Shown: positions 17,860-27,405 of the stretch, piece after piece | How positions within the stretch are numbered: the stretch's first letter is position 1 | Layout of the letters: each line of letters opens with the position of its first letter | DNA from: an uncultured Oscillospiraceae bacterium | GTDB lineage: Bacteria; Bacillota; Clostridia; Oscillospirales; Oscillospiraceae | NCBI GenBank assembly: GCA_944385475.1 | Contig: CALWXJ010000003.1 | Location: 290 to 64,289, forward strand | DNA length: 64,000 nucleotides | Direction of reading: 5' to 3' | The notes under the pieces: generated by a model | Told to the model about the DNA's origin: nothing | Databases searched by the model: none | What the model saw: only the letters and a program-made list of their open reading frames with translations | Translations under genes and position numbers: made by a program

Positions 17860-20800
17860 AGGAGATCCTGGTGACATCCTCTGTGCTGATTTTGGCGCTT
17901 TTGGCCCTGCGGACGCTGTTCCGCAAGACCATCTCCCGCCGGGCGCAGTATGCCCTGTGGCTTTTGGTGCTGGCTCGGCTTTTGATCCCGGTGAACTTGC
18001 CGGCCATGGACCACAGCGTTCTCACTGTGGCAAACCCGGTGGTCAGCCGGATGGATGCCTCTTTCTACATCACCCCTGTCCAGGAGGAGGTCCTGTCTCC
18101 AGGGTACGTTCCCGTCCATGACCGCCATCCGGCACCCTACCAGGCGGTGGCAGTGGATGTCCCCTCCTGGGACAATACCCGGACCGTCACCGATACGTAC
18201 GATGTGATCCATAAACTCCATTACGAAAAGCAGATCCCTGTGGATCAGCTGCTGCTGCCCATCTGGTGGGGCGGCATGGCGGTGATGGCTGCGTGGTTTA
18301 TCTTCAGCAATCTCCGCTTTTGGACAAAGCTGCGCAAGGCACGTATCCCCTATGCTGTGCCTTCTTGCCCCTATCCGGTCTATCTTGTGGAAGAAGGCCT
18401 GCCCTCCCCCTGCCTCTTTGGCCTCGTCCGCCCCGCAGTCTACCTCACCCCCGCCTCCGCCGTGCCGGAGCGGGTAGAATATGTCCTGGCGCATGAGACC
18501 ACCCATGCAAAGCACGGTGATCCTCTGTGGTCGCTGCTGCGCAGCGTCTGTTTGGTGATATACTGGTTCGATCCGCTGGTGTGGACGGCGGCCATCCTCT
18601 CCCGCAATGACGAGGAGCTGGCCTGTGATGAAGGAGCCCTGAAGCGCCTGGGAGAACAAAAACGCATTGCTTACGGACAGACGCTTTTGTCTTTGATCCC
18701 GATCCGCAAGGGCCCTGGCAATCCTCTGCTCTCTGCCACCACCATGACAGCGGGCAAGCGCCAGATGAAAGACCGCATCACCCGTATTGCGCAAAAACAT
18801 GAAACCCGCGTCATCGTCCTCTTTTTGGCTCTGGTACTGGCCCTGGGGGTATGCGTGGTGACCTTTACCGGTGCCAGCATCAAGCAGGACCCCACTGTCC
18901 CCCTGACAGAGGAGGAACTGGCATATTTCAACCAAGAATATTTTAACGGCGAGGACTTCAATATCCGAAACCAGTTCCTCTCCTCCCTGTATGCAAGCCC
19001 GGAGGAGATCGACCTCTTTGAACTCTTCTATTGCGGAGTCACCGGAGAGGAGCCTGACAGCATCAAATCCCCCAGTGAGGAGGAAGAGCGCCTAATCTAC
19101 GGAGACGCTCTGCCGGACTGCCCGCGGTACAAGGCCACCACCGCTGATTTTGACGCCATTTTACAGCCCCACACCGGTTTGATCCTGTCCCAGACCCAGC
19201 ACGTCGGCATGGAGAACTTCGTATACCTCCCGGAATATGACGCCCACTATTGGGCCCACGGAGACACCAACTACCGCGGCAGCATCACCTTTTCCTCCGG
19301 AGAGCGGCAGGGGGATCTCATCCGTCTTTATTATGACGACACCTTTCTGGTCGATGGAGCCAAATGCCTGACCCTCTCCGCCCAGTCGGACGGAAGCTAC
19401 TGGTTCGTCTCCAACCAGTGTCTTCCCTCCCGTCCTGCCTATGAGCCGGACGCCACCATCGACCTCAGAGAAGCCCCTCTCTACGAAGAGCCGGAAGTGA
19501 CCATGGAAGGGCCGGACTTTGATCTGGAAGAGATCATCCTCTCTTCTTCCGCCCGCACATACCCCGGAGATGTGGAACACTCCATCGTCGTATACCGGAC
19601 AACGGGCGGAGCCCTCTGCGCCGGCATCACGGAATCTGCAAAGGATCTTTTCGAGGCGGAGCGGTTTTTGACTCTGGACAGCGCAGCCCTGGAGGGAGCT
19701 ATCCAGATCTCCTCTTTCTCCAATGTCTTGGGCCATGATGGTTTCACCCTGCACTTTTACACGCCGGAAAATGTTTTTGAAACCTGGTATTACTACTTCG
19801 ATGACGACGGCGCTGTACACCTGCTGGCCCAGGCCAGCGATATCGTCTGGGAGGCGGATCTGGACGACGACGGGACCCAAGAACTGCTCTGGCGCACCCC
19901 GGGTTCCAATGAAGAACAAAAGACCAATTTCCTGTTTTCTTACGACGGATATCTTCACCTATCAGACCTCAACAGCCTCATCCGGGAGACTTATCCCCAG
20001 TGCGACTATCTCAATCTCTACTGCTGGGGACAGGATCCGGACCACATCATCATGGAGGCCAGCACCCGCCCCATCTCTGAACAGGGGAACATCCTGGAAA
20101 TGCCCCGGAATCTCTACTATAAAGACGGCATCCTGGACCTCTACCGCGTGGGACAGGTCTCCTATAACGACCATGTGGCAGAAGGAATCAACGTGCCGGA
20201 TTACGCCTTGTCTGTAGCCCGCCAGGAGGTAATGGCGGCACTTTCCTGGTGGCAAAGCCATACCGGTGCCTGGGGCATGGTGGACGGCCAGGAGCAGCAG
20301 GTGGGCACCCAAGCCCAGTGGGACGACTGGCGCATCACAGGTCTTTCCCAGGTGGATCTGGGGCAGCCCTATACATCCCTGGGACTGGAAATCTACTCCT
20401 ACTCCTATGAGCTCCACGCCTCCACGCCGGAGCTGGTGGAATCCGCAGGAGGCATGTATATCCAGGAGGACGGCTGGGTAGGCGGCTTTTATGTGGAATC
20501 TCCCTTCCTGGTCTTTCTCCAGGGAGAGGACGGTGAGGTCACTCAGCTGGAAGCCAGCATCCCTGGTGACGTGGGGCAGGAGATGTCCTCTCCCATGTTC
20601 GCCGCCGCTGTTGCCCAGGTGGCCATGGACTATGGCCTTCTTGTCCCCTCCAAGACGGACCCTGAGACGCTTTTGAATCTCTTCTATGCCAACGGGACCT
20701 CTTTTTTAAACGCTGCAGCTACCTTCCCAGAGGCAGAGCAGACCGCCGTGGTGGAGGCCCTGGCCTCCTTCCATAACCAGGGACTTTTTCAGCAGGAGGC

Positions 20801-21812
20801 TGATCTGCGCCATACCATGCAAAACGTCGTCTGGACCCAACGGAACCTGACAGAGGGCGGCAAGGTGGTTTGGCAGGCGCTTTTAAACCGCACCGGCATC
20901 CAGGCCGGAGGCATCGGCGGATCGTACGATGATTTGGACGAGGCCATCCTCCAGTCCATTCTGGATCACCGCCGCAGCGCCTCCGCCCACAAAGACGACT
21001 TCTATGCCGCCGCCTATGACATCCTGGCCACCAATCCCTCCGGCAACACCCAGACGGTCTATCTCTACATCTGCTTTGGCTCCTATGACCTGACGGAGGA
21101 CGGGTATGCCATCCAGACCGGCGGGGAAGAGCCGGCGGCCCTGACCTTTGCCACTGTCAACGGCCTTTATCAGCTCACTGAGTACTGGACGCCTGGCGGC
21201 GGCGCTCACTATGACAGGGATTTGCGTACCGTCTTCCCGGAAGAGGCCGCAGAGCGGGTCCTCTCCCGGGAGGGGTGGGAGGACCTTTCCGCCCGGTGCG
21301 ACCAGATGGCCCAGGAGCAGTATTCCACCCTTCAGGAGGAGGCGGCTCTGGCCGCCCAGGCCCAGGAGGTGGAATTTACCAACCAGCCCCTTGAGATCTC
21401 TGAGATAGATCCCATGACCTACCAAGAGCGCCTGGAATGGTGCCAGGGCAGTTGGCGGGATACGGAGGAATCCGTGATGTATGTCCCCTCTTCCGCTCAG
21501 GCAGACGGCACCTATATCGCCTACACCGGCAATATGGCGGGGGGATCGCCGGGTGCCTCCGCCTGGAAATCTCTCTACCTCCGCTTTCCTGACGGGGCCC
21601 TGGCCAATCTCCCCCTGCCCCACAACGCTCTTTACAGTACCGCCGCCCCGGACACCATGAATCTTGCAGGAGACGTGTTCACTTATGCCGTCACCTTCCA
21701 GGAGGAACTGATAAACCAGGACGATGGGAGCCTGATCCACCTCAAGGGCAAATATCAATACACTGTAAATCTGGAATCACGAACCGTCAGCCTGCAGATC
21801 CTCCCGTCGTGA
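17856..21812 (+). CDS. M56 family (BlaR1/MecR1-like) membrane metallopeptidase with a ~980-aa acidic extracellular region
   Basis: N-terminal TM helices, LPSPCLFGLVRP, AHETTH zinc motif, EELACDE, MKDRITRI then a TM helix; the C-terminal part does not resemble a penicillin-binding domain. Confidence 0.92.
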   Translation: MKEILVTSSVLILALLALRTLFRKTISRRAQYALWLLVLARLLIPVNLPAMDHSVLTVANPVVSRMDASFYITPVQEEVLSPGYVPVHDRHPAPYQAVAVDVPSWDNTRTVTDTYDVIHKLHYEKQIPVDQLLLPIWWGGMAVMAAWFIFSNLRFWTKLRKARIPYAVPSCPYPVYLVEEGLPSPCLFGLVRPAVYLTPASAVPERVEYVLAHETTHAKHGDPLWSLLRSVCLVIYWFDPLVWTAAILSRNDEELACDEGALKRLGEQKRIAYGQTLLSLIPIRKGPGNPLLSATTMTAGKRQMKDRITRIAQKHETRVIVLFLALVLALGVCVVTFTGASIKQDPTVPLTEEELAYFNQEYFNGEDFNIRNQFLSSLYASPEEIDLFELFYCGVTGEEPDSIKSPSEEEERLIYGDALPDCPRYKATTADFDAILQPHTGLILSQTQHVGMENFVYLPEYDAHYWAHGDTNYRGSITFSSGERQGDLIRLYYDDTFLVDGAKCLTLSAQSDGSYWFVSNQCLPSRPAYEPDATIDLREAPLYEEPEVTMEGPDFDLEEIILSSSARTYPGDVEHSIVVYRTTGGALCAGITESAKDLFEAERFLTLDSAALEGAIQISSFSNVLGHDGFTLHFYTPENVFETWYYYFDDDGAVHLLAQASDIVWEADLDDDGTQELLWRTPGSNEEQKTNFLFSYDGYLHLSDLNSLIRETYPQCDYLNLYCWGQDPDHIIMEASTRPISEQGNILEMPRNLYYKDGILDLYRVGQVSYNDHVAEGINVPDYALSVARQEVMAALSWWQSHTGAWGMVDGQEQQVGTQAQWDDWRITGLSQVDLGQPYTSLGLEIYSYSYELHASTPELVESAGGMYIQEDGWVGGFYVESPFLVFLQGEDGEVTQLEASIPGDVGQEMSSPMFAAAVAQVAMDYGLLVPSKTDPETLLNLFYANGTSFLNAAATFPEAEQTAVVEALASFHNQGLFQQEADLRHTMQNVVWTQRNLTEGGKVVWQALLNRTGIQAGGIGGSYDDLDEAILQSILDHRRSASAHKDDFYAAAYDILATNPSGNTQTVYLYICFGSYDLTEDGYAIQTGGEEPAALTFATVNGLYQLTEYWTPGGGAHYDRDLRTVFPEEAAERVLSREGWEDLSARCDQMAQEQYSTLQEEAALAAQAQEVEFTNQPLEISEIDPMTYQERLEWCQGSWRDTEESVMYVPSSAQADGTYIAYTGNMAGGSPGASAWKSLYLRFPDGALANLPLPHNALYSTAAPDTMNLAGDVFTYAVTFQEELINQDDGSLIHLKGKYQYTVNLESRTVSLQILPS

Positions 21813-21826
21813 AAGGAGTGCTCTCC

Positions 21827-21994
21827 ATGGAACAAGCATCTCCGCCGGTGCCCTACCGCTTTTGGGTAGACACTGCACAAAGAGTCGTCTCCTTCCATCC
21901 TGTGGAGGGAGCACAGCTGATAGAGTTCTGGGACAGATCCTTGTTTTTACAATGTGTTGACAACTATGCCCGGCAGTGCTATCGCTATCAATAG
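21827..21994 (+). CDS. 55-aa hypothetical protein co-transcribed with blaI-M56
   Basis: AAAGGAG RBS overlapping the M56 stop; MEQASPPVPYRFWVD...CYRYQ; followed by a terminator. Confidence 0.7.
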   Translation: MEQASPPVPYRFWVDTAQRVVSFHPVEGAQLIEFWDRSLFLQCVDNYARQCYRYQ

Positions 21995-22008
21995 GATCCC
22001 CCACAAAG

Positions 22009-22050
22009 GGCGGCGCGCGGCAAACCATACGGTTTGCCGCGCGCCGCTTG
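22009..22050. terminator. Hairpin between the blaI operon and the ilvD-like gene
   Basis: GCGGCGCGCGGCAAACC-ATAC-GGTTTGCCGCGCGCCGC. Confidence 0.75.
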
Positions 22051-22103
22051 CTATCTTCATATTCCCAAAGAGGGATCAAAGCATTTCCTTCCGTTTTTTA
22101 TGT

Positions 22104-23810
22104 TCAACGATTCCACCGAAGCGCCGCACCTGTTGCGGCATTGCCTGCCAGGCGCATATACCGGGCCATATATCCCTTCACCTGCTTGGGGGTGTAGGAC
22201 CACTCGGCCTTGCGCTTTGCCAGTTCCTCTTCATCCACCAAAAGATCAATGCGCTTGTTCTCCACGTCGATGGAGATCATATCGCCGTCATGGATCAGGG
22301 CAATGGGGCCGCCCTCTGCCGCCTCCGGAGAGATATGTCCCACAAAGCAGCCGTTGTTGGTGCCGGAGAAGCGGCCGTCAGTGATCAGAGCCACGGAATC
22401 TCCCAGGCCGATCCCCACCAGGAATTTCAGCACATGGCACATCTCCCGCATGCCGGGTTCTCCCTTGGGGCCGCCGTAGCGGATGACCACCACATCGCCG
22501 GGCTTGATCTTCATGGCGTGGACGGCCACCTCTGCCTCAGCCTCGCTGTCAAAGCACACGGCCGGGCCCGTAAACTTCCACATGTGCTTGGGGATGCCCG
22601 CCGGCTTGCATACCGCAGACTCCGGGGCCAGGTTCCCATAGAGGATGGAAAGCGCCCTTCTGCCGAAGGGATTGGAAAGCGGACGAATCACATCTTCATT
22701 GATAGTAGGTCTCCAGTAGAGGTGGTTGTCCAAATTCTCCCGCAGAGTGTGCCCTGTGCAGGTAAGTACATCAAGGTTCAAAAGCTCCCGCAGATTTTCC
22801 ATGGTCCGGGGAACACCACCGGCAAAATAGAAGTCCTCCATCACGTTTTGATCCGTACCGGAGGGATAGATCCGCACGATCTGCGGCACCAAATCGCTCA
22901 GGCGGTCAAACTCCGCCATCACCATCTGGGGATCCAAATCCAGCTCACAGGCCAGCGCTGTGAGGTGCAAGATGGCATTGGTGCTGCCACCGGTGGCCAT
23001 GGTAAAGATCATAGCGTTTTGCAAAGACTCCCAGGTAAGAATATCCCGGGCACGGACCCCCTGCTTCACCATCTCCACGATCCGCACGCCGGAGGCCTTG
23101 GCAATGCGCAGCCGGTCGGCGTATACCGCCGGAATGGCGCCGCCGTTGGGCAATTGCAATCCAATGGCCTCACTGATACAGCTCATCGTGTTGGCAGTTC
23201 CGTAGTAGTTGCAGGAACCCACGGTGGGCTTTGCCGTCATAGTGACCCGAAGCACCTCATCCAAGCTGAGCTTTCCCGCCTGATACATGCCCCAGGCCTC
23301 ATAGCTGGCGGTATTTTCCGTCTTGGGTCGGTTCAGGAAGGGGGCGCCTCCCAGCATGGGACCACCCGTCACCATGATGGTGGGGATATTGCATCTGGCA
23401 GCGGCCATCAGCATGCCCGGGACGATCTTGTCGCAGGAGCCCAAAAGGACCAGGCCGCCGAACTTGTGAGCTCCCTGCATCAGCTCAATGCCATCGCAGA
23501 TCACATCTCTGGAGGGCAGAACATACCCCTCCTCAGACACATCGCAGATACCGATGCTGCCGAATTCCACCGGCACGCCGCCCGCCTGGGCGATCCCGTT
23601 TTTCACCGCATCCGCCACCTGCCGCAGATTGGCATGTCCGGGGCAGATTTCACTCCAGGCATTGGCAATGGCAATCATCGGCTTTCCGGCCACGTCATCC
23701 ACACTCCACCCCAAAAGGCTCAGCATCTGCCAGTTCCCCTTCAGGGCCTTTACCGCGCGTTCTTTGTCCTCATCGCTCATTTTCGAGGTCAGGTACTCAA
23801 AGTCCTCCAT
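22104..23810 (-). CDS. IlvD/Edd family dehydratase (divergent dihydroxy-acid dehydratase)
   Basis: [61 protein letters not shown]. Confidence 0.93.
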   Translation of the reverse strand: MEDFEYLTSKMSDEDKERAVKALKGNWQMLSLLGWSVDDVAGKPMIAIANAWSEICPGHANLRQVADAVKNGIAQAGGVPVEFGSIGICDVSEEGYVLPSRDVICDGIELMQGAHKFGGLVLLGSCDKIVPGMLMAAARCNIPTIMVTGGPMLGGAPFLNRPKTENTASYEAWGMYQAGKLSLDEVLRVTMTAKPTVGSCNYYGTANTMSCISEAIGLQLPNGGAIPAVYADRLRIAKASGVRIVEMVKQGVRARDILTWESLQNAMIFTMATGGSTNAILHLTALACELDLDPQMVMAEFDRLSDLVPQIVRIYPSGTDQNVMEDFYFAGGVPRTMENLRELLNLDVLTCTGHTLRENLDNHLYWRPTINEDVIRPLSNPFGRRALSILYGNLAPESAVCKPAGIPKHMWKFTGPAVCFDSEAEAEVAVHAMKIKPGDVVVIRYGGPKGEPGMREMCHVLKFLVGIGLGDSVALITDGRFSGTNNGCFVGHISPEAAEGGPIALIHDGDMISIDVENKRIDLLVDEEELAKRKAEWSYTPKQVKGYMARYMRLAGNAATGAALRWNR

Positions 23811-23860
23811 AATAGCCTCCTCCATGACATATTTTGCGGTACTTGTGCGAAGGTGCCTTT

Positions 23861-23962
23861 ATTATAGTCATGAGGATCTCTCGATTCAAGGCAAACCCCG
23901 GTTTGTATATTATATTATATTATATTAAATTCTACAAATCCCACATTATATTGTATACAATA
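23861..23962 (-). promoter_or_regulatory. sigmaA promoter (TTGAAT-N17-TATAAT) of the ilvD-like gene, with an upstream AT-rich operator region
   Basis: -10 at 23861-66 and -35 at 23884-89; (TATAT)4 tract; perfect 14-bp palindrome TATTGTATACAATA at 23949-62, GntR/FadR-like. Confidence 0.7.
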
Positions 23963-24027
23963 CACAAATTTCCGGGAGTATCAGCGGTTCATCAAACAGT
24001 GCGGTCTGATGAGAGCGCTACTTCCCG

Positions 24028-25143
24028 TCACTGCGTCAACAGCACCACATTGCGGTCTGCGATAAAATTCTGGACGCTGTACAGCACCACGATATCTTCA
24101 ATGCCGTTGTCCTGCACGTATTGCGCTACAGAGGCCCGATAATAGCGCAGATCCAAGAGATGGACCTCGGAAAAGCGCTGCGTCAGAAATGGAGCCATGG
24201 CATCCGCATAGGAATCCCGAATCAAAAGGACCTTGCTTCCATCGGTGATCTTGGTGTTTTTGATGACGCATAGGGGCTGGTTTCCTCCCAGGAAAGAGGA
24301 GTACTTGTCTTTTTTCTCCAGATAGCTGCGGTCGTAGAGCACCCCTTTTTCCGCCGTGCCGGTTCGATAGGTGGTGATATCCAGGCCCGTATCCTCCACC
24401 CAATATTCCATCGTGTCCGGCGTCAGCCAATGGATACCGGAGGTGGAATAAAGAGTGCCGTTAAAGTTTTCCGATACAATTTCAGGTGTAAAGTCTTCTT
24501 GGTTTAATGTCTCCATGCCCAAGCTCTCCAAAACCGCGTTGGCGCCATAAAAAGCCCCCAGTGTCGTCCAGTGGTGGTCTGTGCGGTAAAAAATGGGCTC
24601 TTCCTTATGGGCAGACAGCGCCGACTCCAGGTCTGCCATGGGAAGCCCCAGTTCTCCCGCAAGCTCCAAAAAGTGCGTCTGGTCATAAGAGGCAGCACCG
24701 GTGGGGAGTTTTTCCTTCCAGATCTCCGCGGCAGAGGGAATAAAGCCCAAGGTCACGGCAGCTTGGGTTTTTTCTGCCAGGCGCTGAAGATAGGTGAGGT
24801 TTTTCCCCACCAGGTCCATGTCCGGCTCCTCCACCTTGGAAATCAGCGTATCACCGCACAGGTAGACATCGTGGAAGCACTCCCTTCCCAAAAGCTGTTC
24901 CAGCCGGGCCTTCAACCCTGTCCAGTCATCCCGCAGAGGAAATTGATCGGCAAAATATTTCTCCACCGCCTGACCAAAACTCCCGTCTTTCAGTGTCTGC
25001 CAGGAAAGCTGGGGCACCTGGGCAAGGGTGCGGTTTTCTGTCTCCGATTGCGCCCGGTCTGGCAGGAGAAGATGCCACACAAATAATCCGCCCAAAAACA
25101 GGCAAAACAGCGATGTGATAAAGCGGGTATAGGCTTTGCTCAT
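24028..25143 (-). CDS. DHHW-family (AlgJ/PatB-like) extracellular acyltransferase
   Basis: N-terminal TM, SETENRTLA, FYRTDHHWT, IRDSYA. Confidence 0.9.
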   Translation of the reverse strand: MSKAYTRFITSLFCLFLGGLFVWHLLLPDRAQSETENRTLAQVPQLSWQTLKDGSFGQAVEKYFADQFPLRDDWTGLKARLEQLLGRECFHDVYLCGDTLISKVEEPDMDLVGKNLTYLQRLAEKTQAAVTLGFIPSAAEIWKEKLPTGAASYDQTHFLELAGELGLPMADLESALSAHKEEPIFYRTDHHWTTLGAFYGANAVLESLGMETLNQEDFTPEIVSENFNGTLYSTSGIHWLTPDTMEYWVEDTGLDITTYRTGTAEKGVLYDRSYLEKKDKYSSFLGGNQPLCVIKNTKITDGSKVLLIRDSYADAMAPFLTQRFSEVHLLDLRYYRASVAQYVQDNGIEDIVVLYSVQNFIADRNVVLLTQ

Positions 25144-25158
25144 ACAGCTCTCCTCCTT

Positions 25159-26589
25159 TCAAAACCGGAAATACAAAAAGGGGTTGTAACTGCCGTCCAC
25201 CAGATAGGCCGTGGAAAGCAAGAGGCTTGCCATCATCAGCAAAGGCGTCAATACCGCCTGTGCCCGGGAGGGCAGACGGTGCCACGCCTTTTTGCCCACG
25301 GCGGTGGCGCTGACCGCCAGGATTAAAAATGTCAGCATATAGTTATGCAGAACATACAAATCAGAGGCGTTCCACAGCGCACCCCTTCCGAAGCAAAGCG
25401 CCAGATAGCTTCCGCAGGCGGAGAGGTCCTCTATGGCAAAGATCCCCCAGCCCACCAGTACCACCAGCAGGGTATAGAAATGCTTCAAACCTGCCGGCAG
25501 GTGGTCCAGCGCCCCCCGCAGGACATATTTTTCAAGAATGAGCCAGGCGGCAAAATACATGCCCCAGATCAGGAAGTTCCAGCTGGCACCATGCCAAAAG
25601 CCCGTGCAGAACCAAACGATCAAAATATTGCGCAGCGTCTTGGCCTGACCGTGGCGATTGCCCCCCAAGGGGATATACAGGTACTCCCGGAACCAGGAGG
25701 TCATGGACATGTGCCACCGGCGCCAAAAATCCGCCACTGAGGAGGCAAGATAAGGGTAGTTGAAGTTCTCCTCAAAATGGAAGCCGAAGATGCGTCCCAG
25801 GCCGATGGCCATATCCGAATAGCCGGAAAAATCAAAGTAGATCTGAAAGCCATATGCCATCAGCCCCAGCCAGCTCCCTACCGCAGAGAGCTCCCCTGCT
25901 CCTTGGGCGGTCAGCTGCTGATCCCACAAAGCGCCGATGGAGTTGGCCAGCAGTACCTTTTTCGCAAGGCCCACACAAAACCGCCGGGCTCCCAAAGCAA
26001 AATTTTCCGTATTGTGGCTGCGGTGGTTTAACTCCTCCGCCACGGTTTTATATTTGACGATGGGTCCCGCGATCAGCTGGGGAAACATGGTGACATAGGC
26101 CCCGAATTTAATGAGATTACGCTGCACCGTGGCATCTTTGCGATAGACGTCAATGGTGTAGCTCATGGTCTGGAAGGTGAAAAAGGAAATCCCGATGGGC
26201 AGCGGGACATTTTGCAGAGGGATCACCATCCCCGGCCAAAGTTCCACGCTCTGGGGGATCTGAATTCCTGTGAGCAGGTACAGATTTTCCGCCAGAAACG
26301 TCCCATATTTAAAAAAGCCCAGCAGCAGCAGGTTGAATACCACGCTCTGGCCCACAAACCAGCGGGCGAGCTTGTCCCGGCTGCGGAATCTTTCCACCAA
26401 CATCCCATGGGTGTAGTCAATGAGGGTGGAAAGGATCATAATGCTGATATAAACCGGTTCACCCCAACCATAAAAAAACAGGCTGACCAGCAGCAGCACC
26501 AAGTTTCGCAGCCGCAGCGGAGCCAAAAAATAAATCGCCAGGGTCAGCGGCAGATAGGCAAAGAGAAACGGCAGACTGCTGAAAACCAA
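25159..26589 (-). CDS. MBOAT family O-acyltransferase (AlgI/PatA-like)
   Basis: LPIGISFFTFQTMSY, FPQLIAGPI, DFSGYSDMAIG, FWRRWH, GFWHGA; C-terminal FLYFRF; TTG start inferred. Confidence 0.96.
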   Translation of the reverse strand: MVFSSLPFLFAYLPLTLAIYFLAPLRLRNLVLLLVSLFFYGWGEPVYISIMILSTLIDYTHGMLVERFRSRDKLARWFVGQSVVFNLLLLGFFKYGTFLAENLYLLTGIQIPQSVELWPGMVIPLQNVPLPIGISFFTFQTMSYTIDVYRKDATVQRNLIKFGAYVTMFPQLIAGPIVKYKTVAEELNHRSHNTENFALGARRFCVGLAKKVLLANSIGALWDQQLTAQGAGELSAVGSWLGLMAYGFQIYFDFSGYSDMAIGLGRIFGFHFEENFNYPYLASSVADFWRRWHMSMTSWFREYLYIPLGGNRHGQAKTLRNILIVWFCTGFWHGASWNFLIWGMYFAAWLILEKYVLRGALDHLPAGLKHFYTLLVVLVGWGIFAIEDLSACGSYLALCFGRGALWNASDLYVLHNYMLTFLILAVSATAVGKKAWHRLPSRAQAVLTPLLMMASLLLSTAYLVDGSYNPFLYFRF

Positions 26590-26624
26590 AATTTCCACTC
26601 CTTTCCTGCGGAGTCAAAATCGAA

Positions 26625-26660
26625 GAAAACAGCCGCGGCAATGGCGCTGCGGCTGTTTTC
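26625..26660 (-). terminator. Intra-operon hairpin after the lipoprotein gene
   Basis: GAAAACAGCCGCGGCAATGGCGCTGCGGCTGTTTTC. Confidence 0.6.
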
Positions 26661-26673
26661 AAAATATGCCCTA

Positions 26674-27213
26674 TCAGGCAAAGAGATTGTCAAACGCCTC
26701 CACGATCTCCGCCTGATGCTCAGCGGAAGCCACCATGGCCACATAAGTGCCATGCTGCACCACCTGCGCACTCTTCCAGCTCTCAATGGACTCGGGATAC
26801 CAGGCGCCGCCGGGATTGTTCTCGTCGCCCACCTGATAGTCGATGCGGTCCTGGAAGATCTCCGCAACCGTGGCGGCGTCCTCCTCCGACTCGCACTGGA
26901 CAAAGATCATCTCATTGACAATGGAGCTCATCATGGGCATTTTAGCCACCACCTGCGTAAGGGTCAGATCGCTCAGGCCGGGATAATACATCTCCAGCAT
27001 CTCCCCTTCAATGGGAGTCATCAGGACATCCCCTTCTTCGCTGTTTTCCGCGTCCTCTGTCCAGTGATATTCCTGGGCAAGTCCGTCGTAAAAGCTGTTC
27101 AGGGAGATGTCGCTGTTTTCTGCCTGATTCTGATCATCCTCCGTGCTGCCGCAGGCAGTGAGCAACGCCAGCAGCGTCAAGGTGGAAAGTGCCAGTAACA
27201 TCAGTTTTTTCAT
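26674..27213 (-). CDS. DUF4358-like lipoprotein
   Basis: MKKLMLL..LLTAC lipobox; acidic; GAWYPE..VVQHGTYVAMV; typical first gene of MBOAT-DHHW clusters. Confidence 0.8.
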   Translation of the reverse strand: MKKLMLLALSTLTLLALLTACGSTEDDQNQAENSDISLNSFYDGLAQEYHWTEDAENSEEGDVLMTPIEGEMLEMYYPGLSDLTLTQVVAKMPMMSSIVNEMIFVQCESEEDAATVAEIFQDRIDYQVGDENNPGGAWYPESIESWKSAQVVQHGTYVAMVASAEHQAEIVEAFDNLFA

Positions 27214-27249
27214 GTGTTTTATTCTCCTTTTGTTTGTTCCGTGTTCTAT

Positions 27250-27276
27250 GACGAAGCGCTTTTTTGAAAAGTTCCC
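27250..27276 (-). promoter_or_regulatory. ECF-sigma-type promoter of the lipoprotein-MBOAT-DHHW operon
   Basis: GGGAAC-N17-CGTC on the minus strand, about 35 nt before the lipoprotein start. Confidence 0.6.
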
Positions 27277-27405
27277 AGACGCGTGAAAAAACCAAAAAAC
27301 TTCTTCTGGTTCTTTTTTCCTTCCCATCTTGCTTTTATACAAGAAACGCAGTATGATTTCAACATCAATTTGTTACTTTTATTTTGGAAAAGGCGGTGTG
27401 ATTTT

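Noticed and set aside
18870-21812. M56 ectodomain as a DGR target or repeat array
   Set aside because: No reverse transcriptase, template repeat or nucleotide-level repeats visible
21954-23867. Long antisense ORFs (637 aa here; also 4755-5831, 51067-52599, 52749-54323, 54345-56315, 48887-50176 and others)
   Set aside because: Shadow frames of well-identified genes with strong GC3 bias; no RBS or protein motifs
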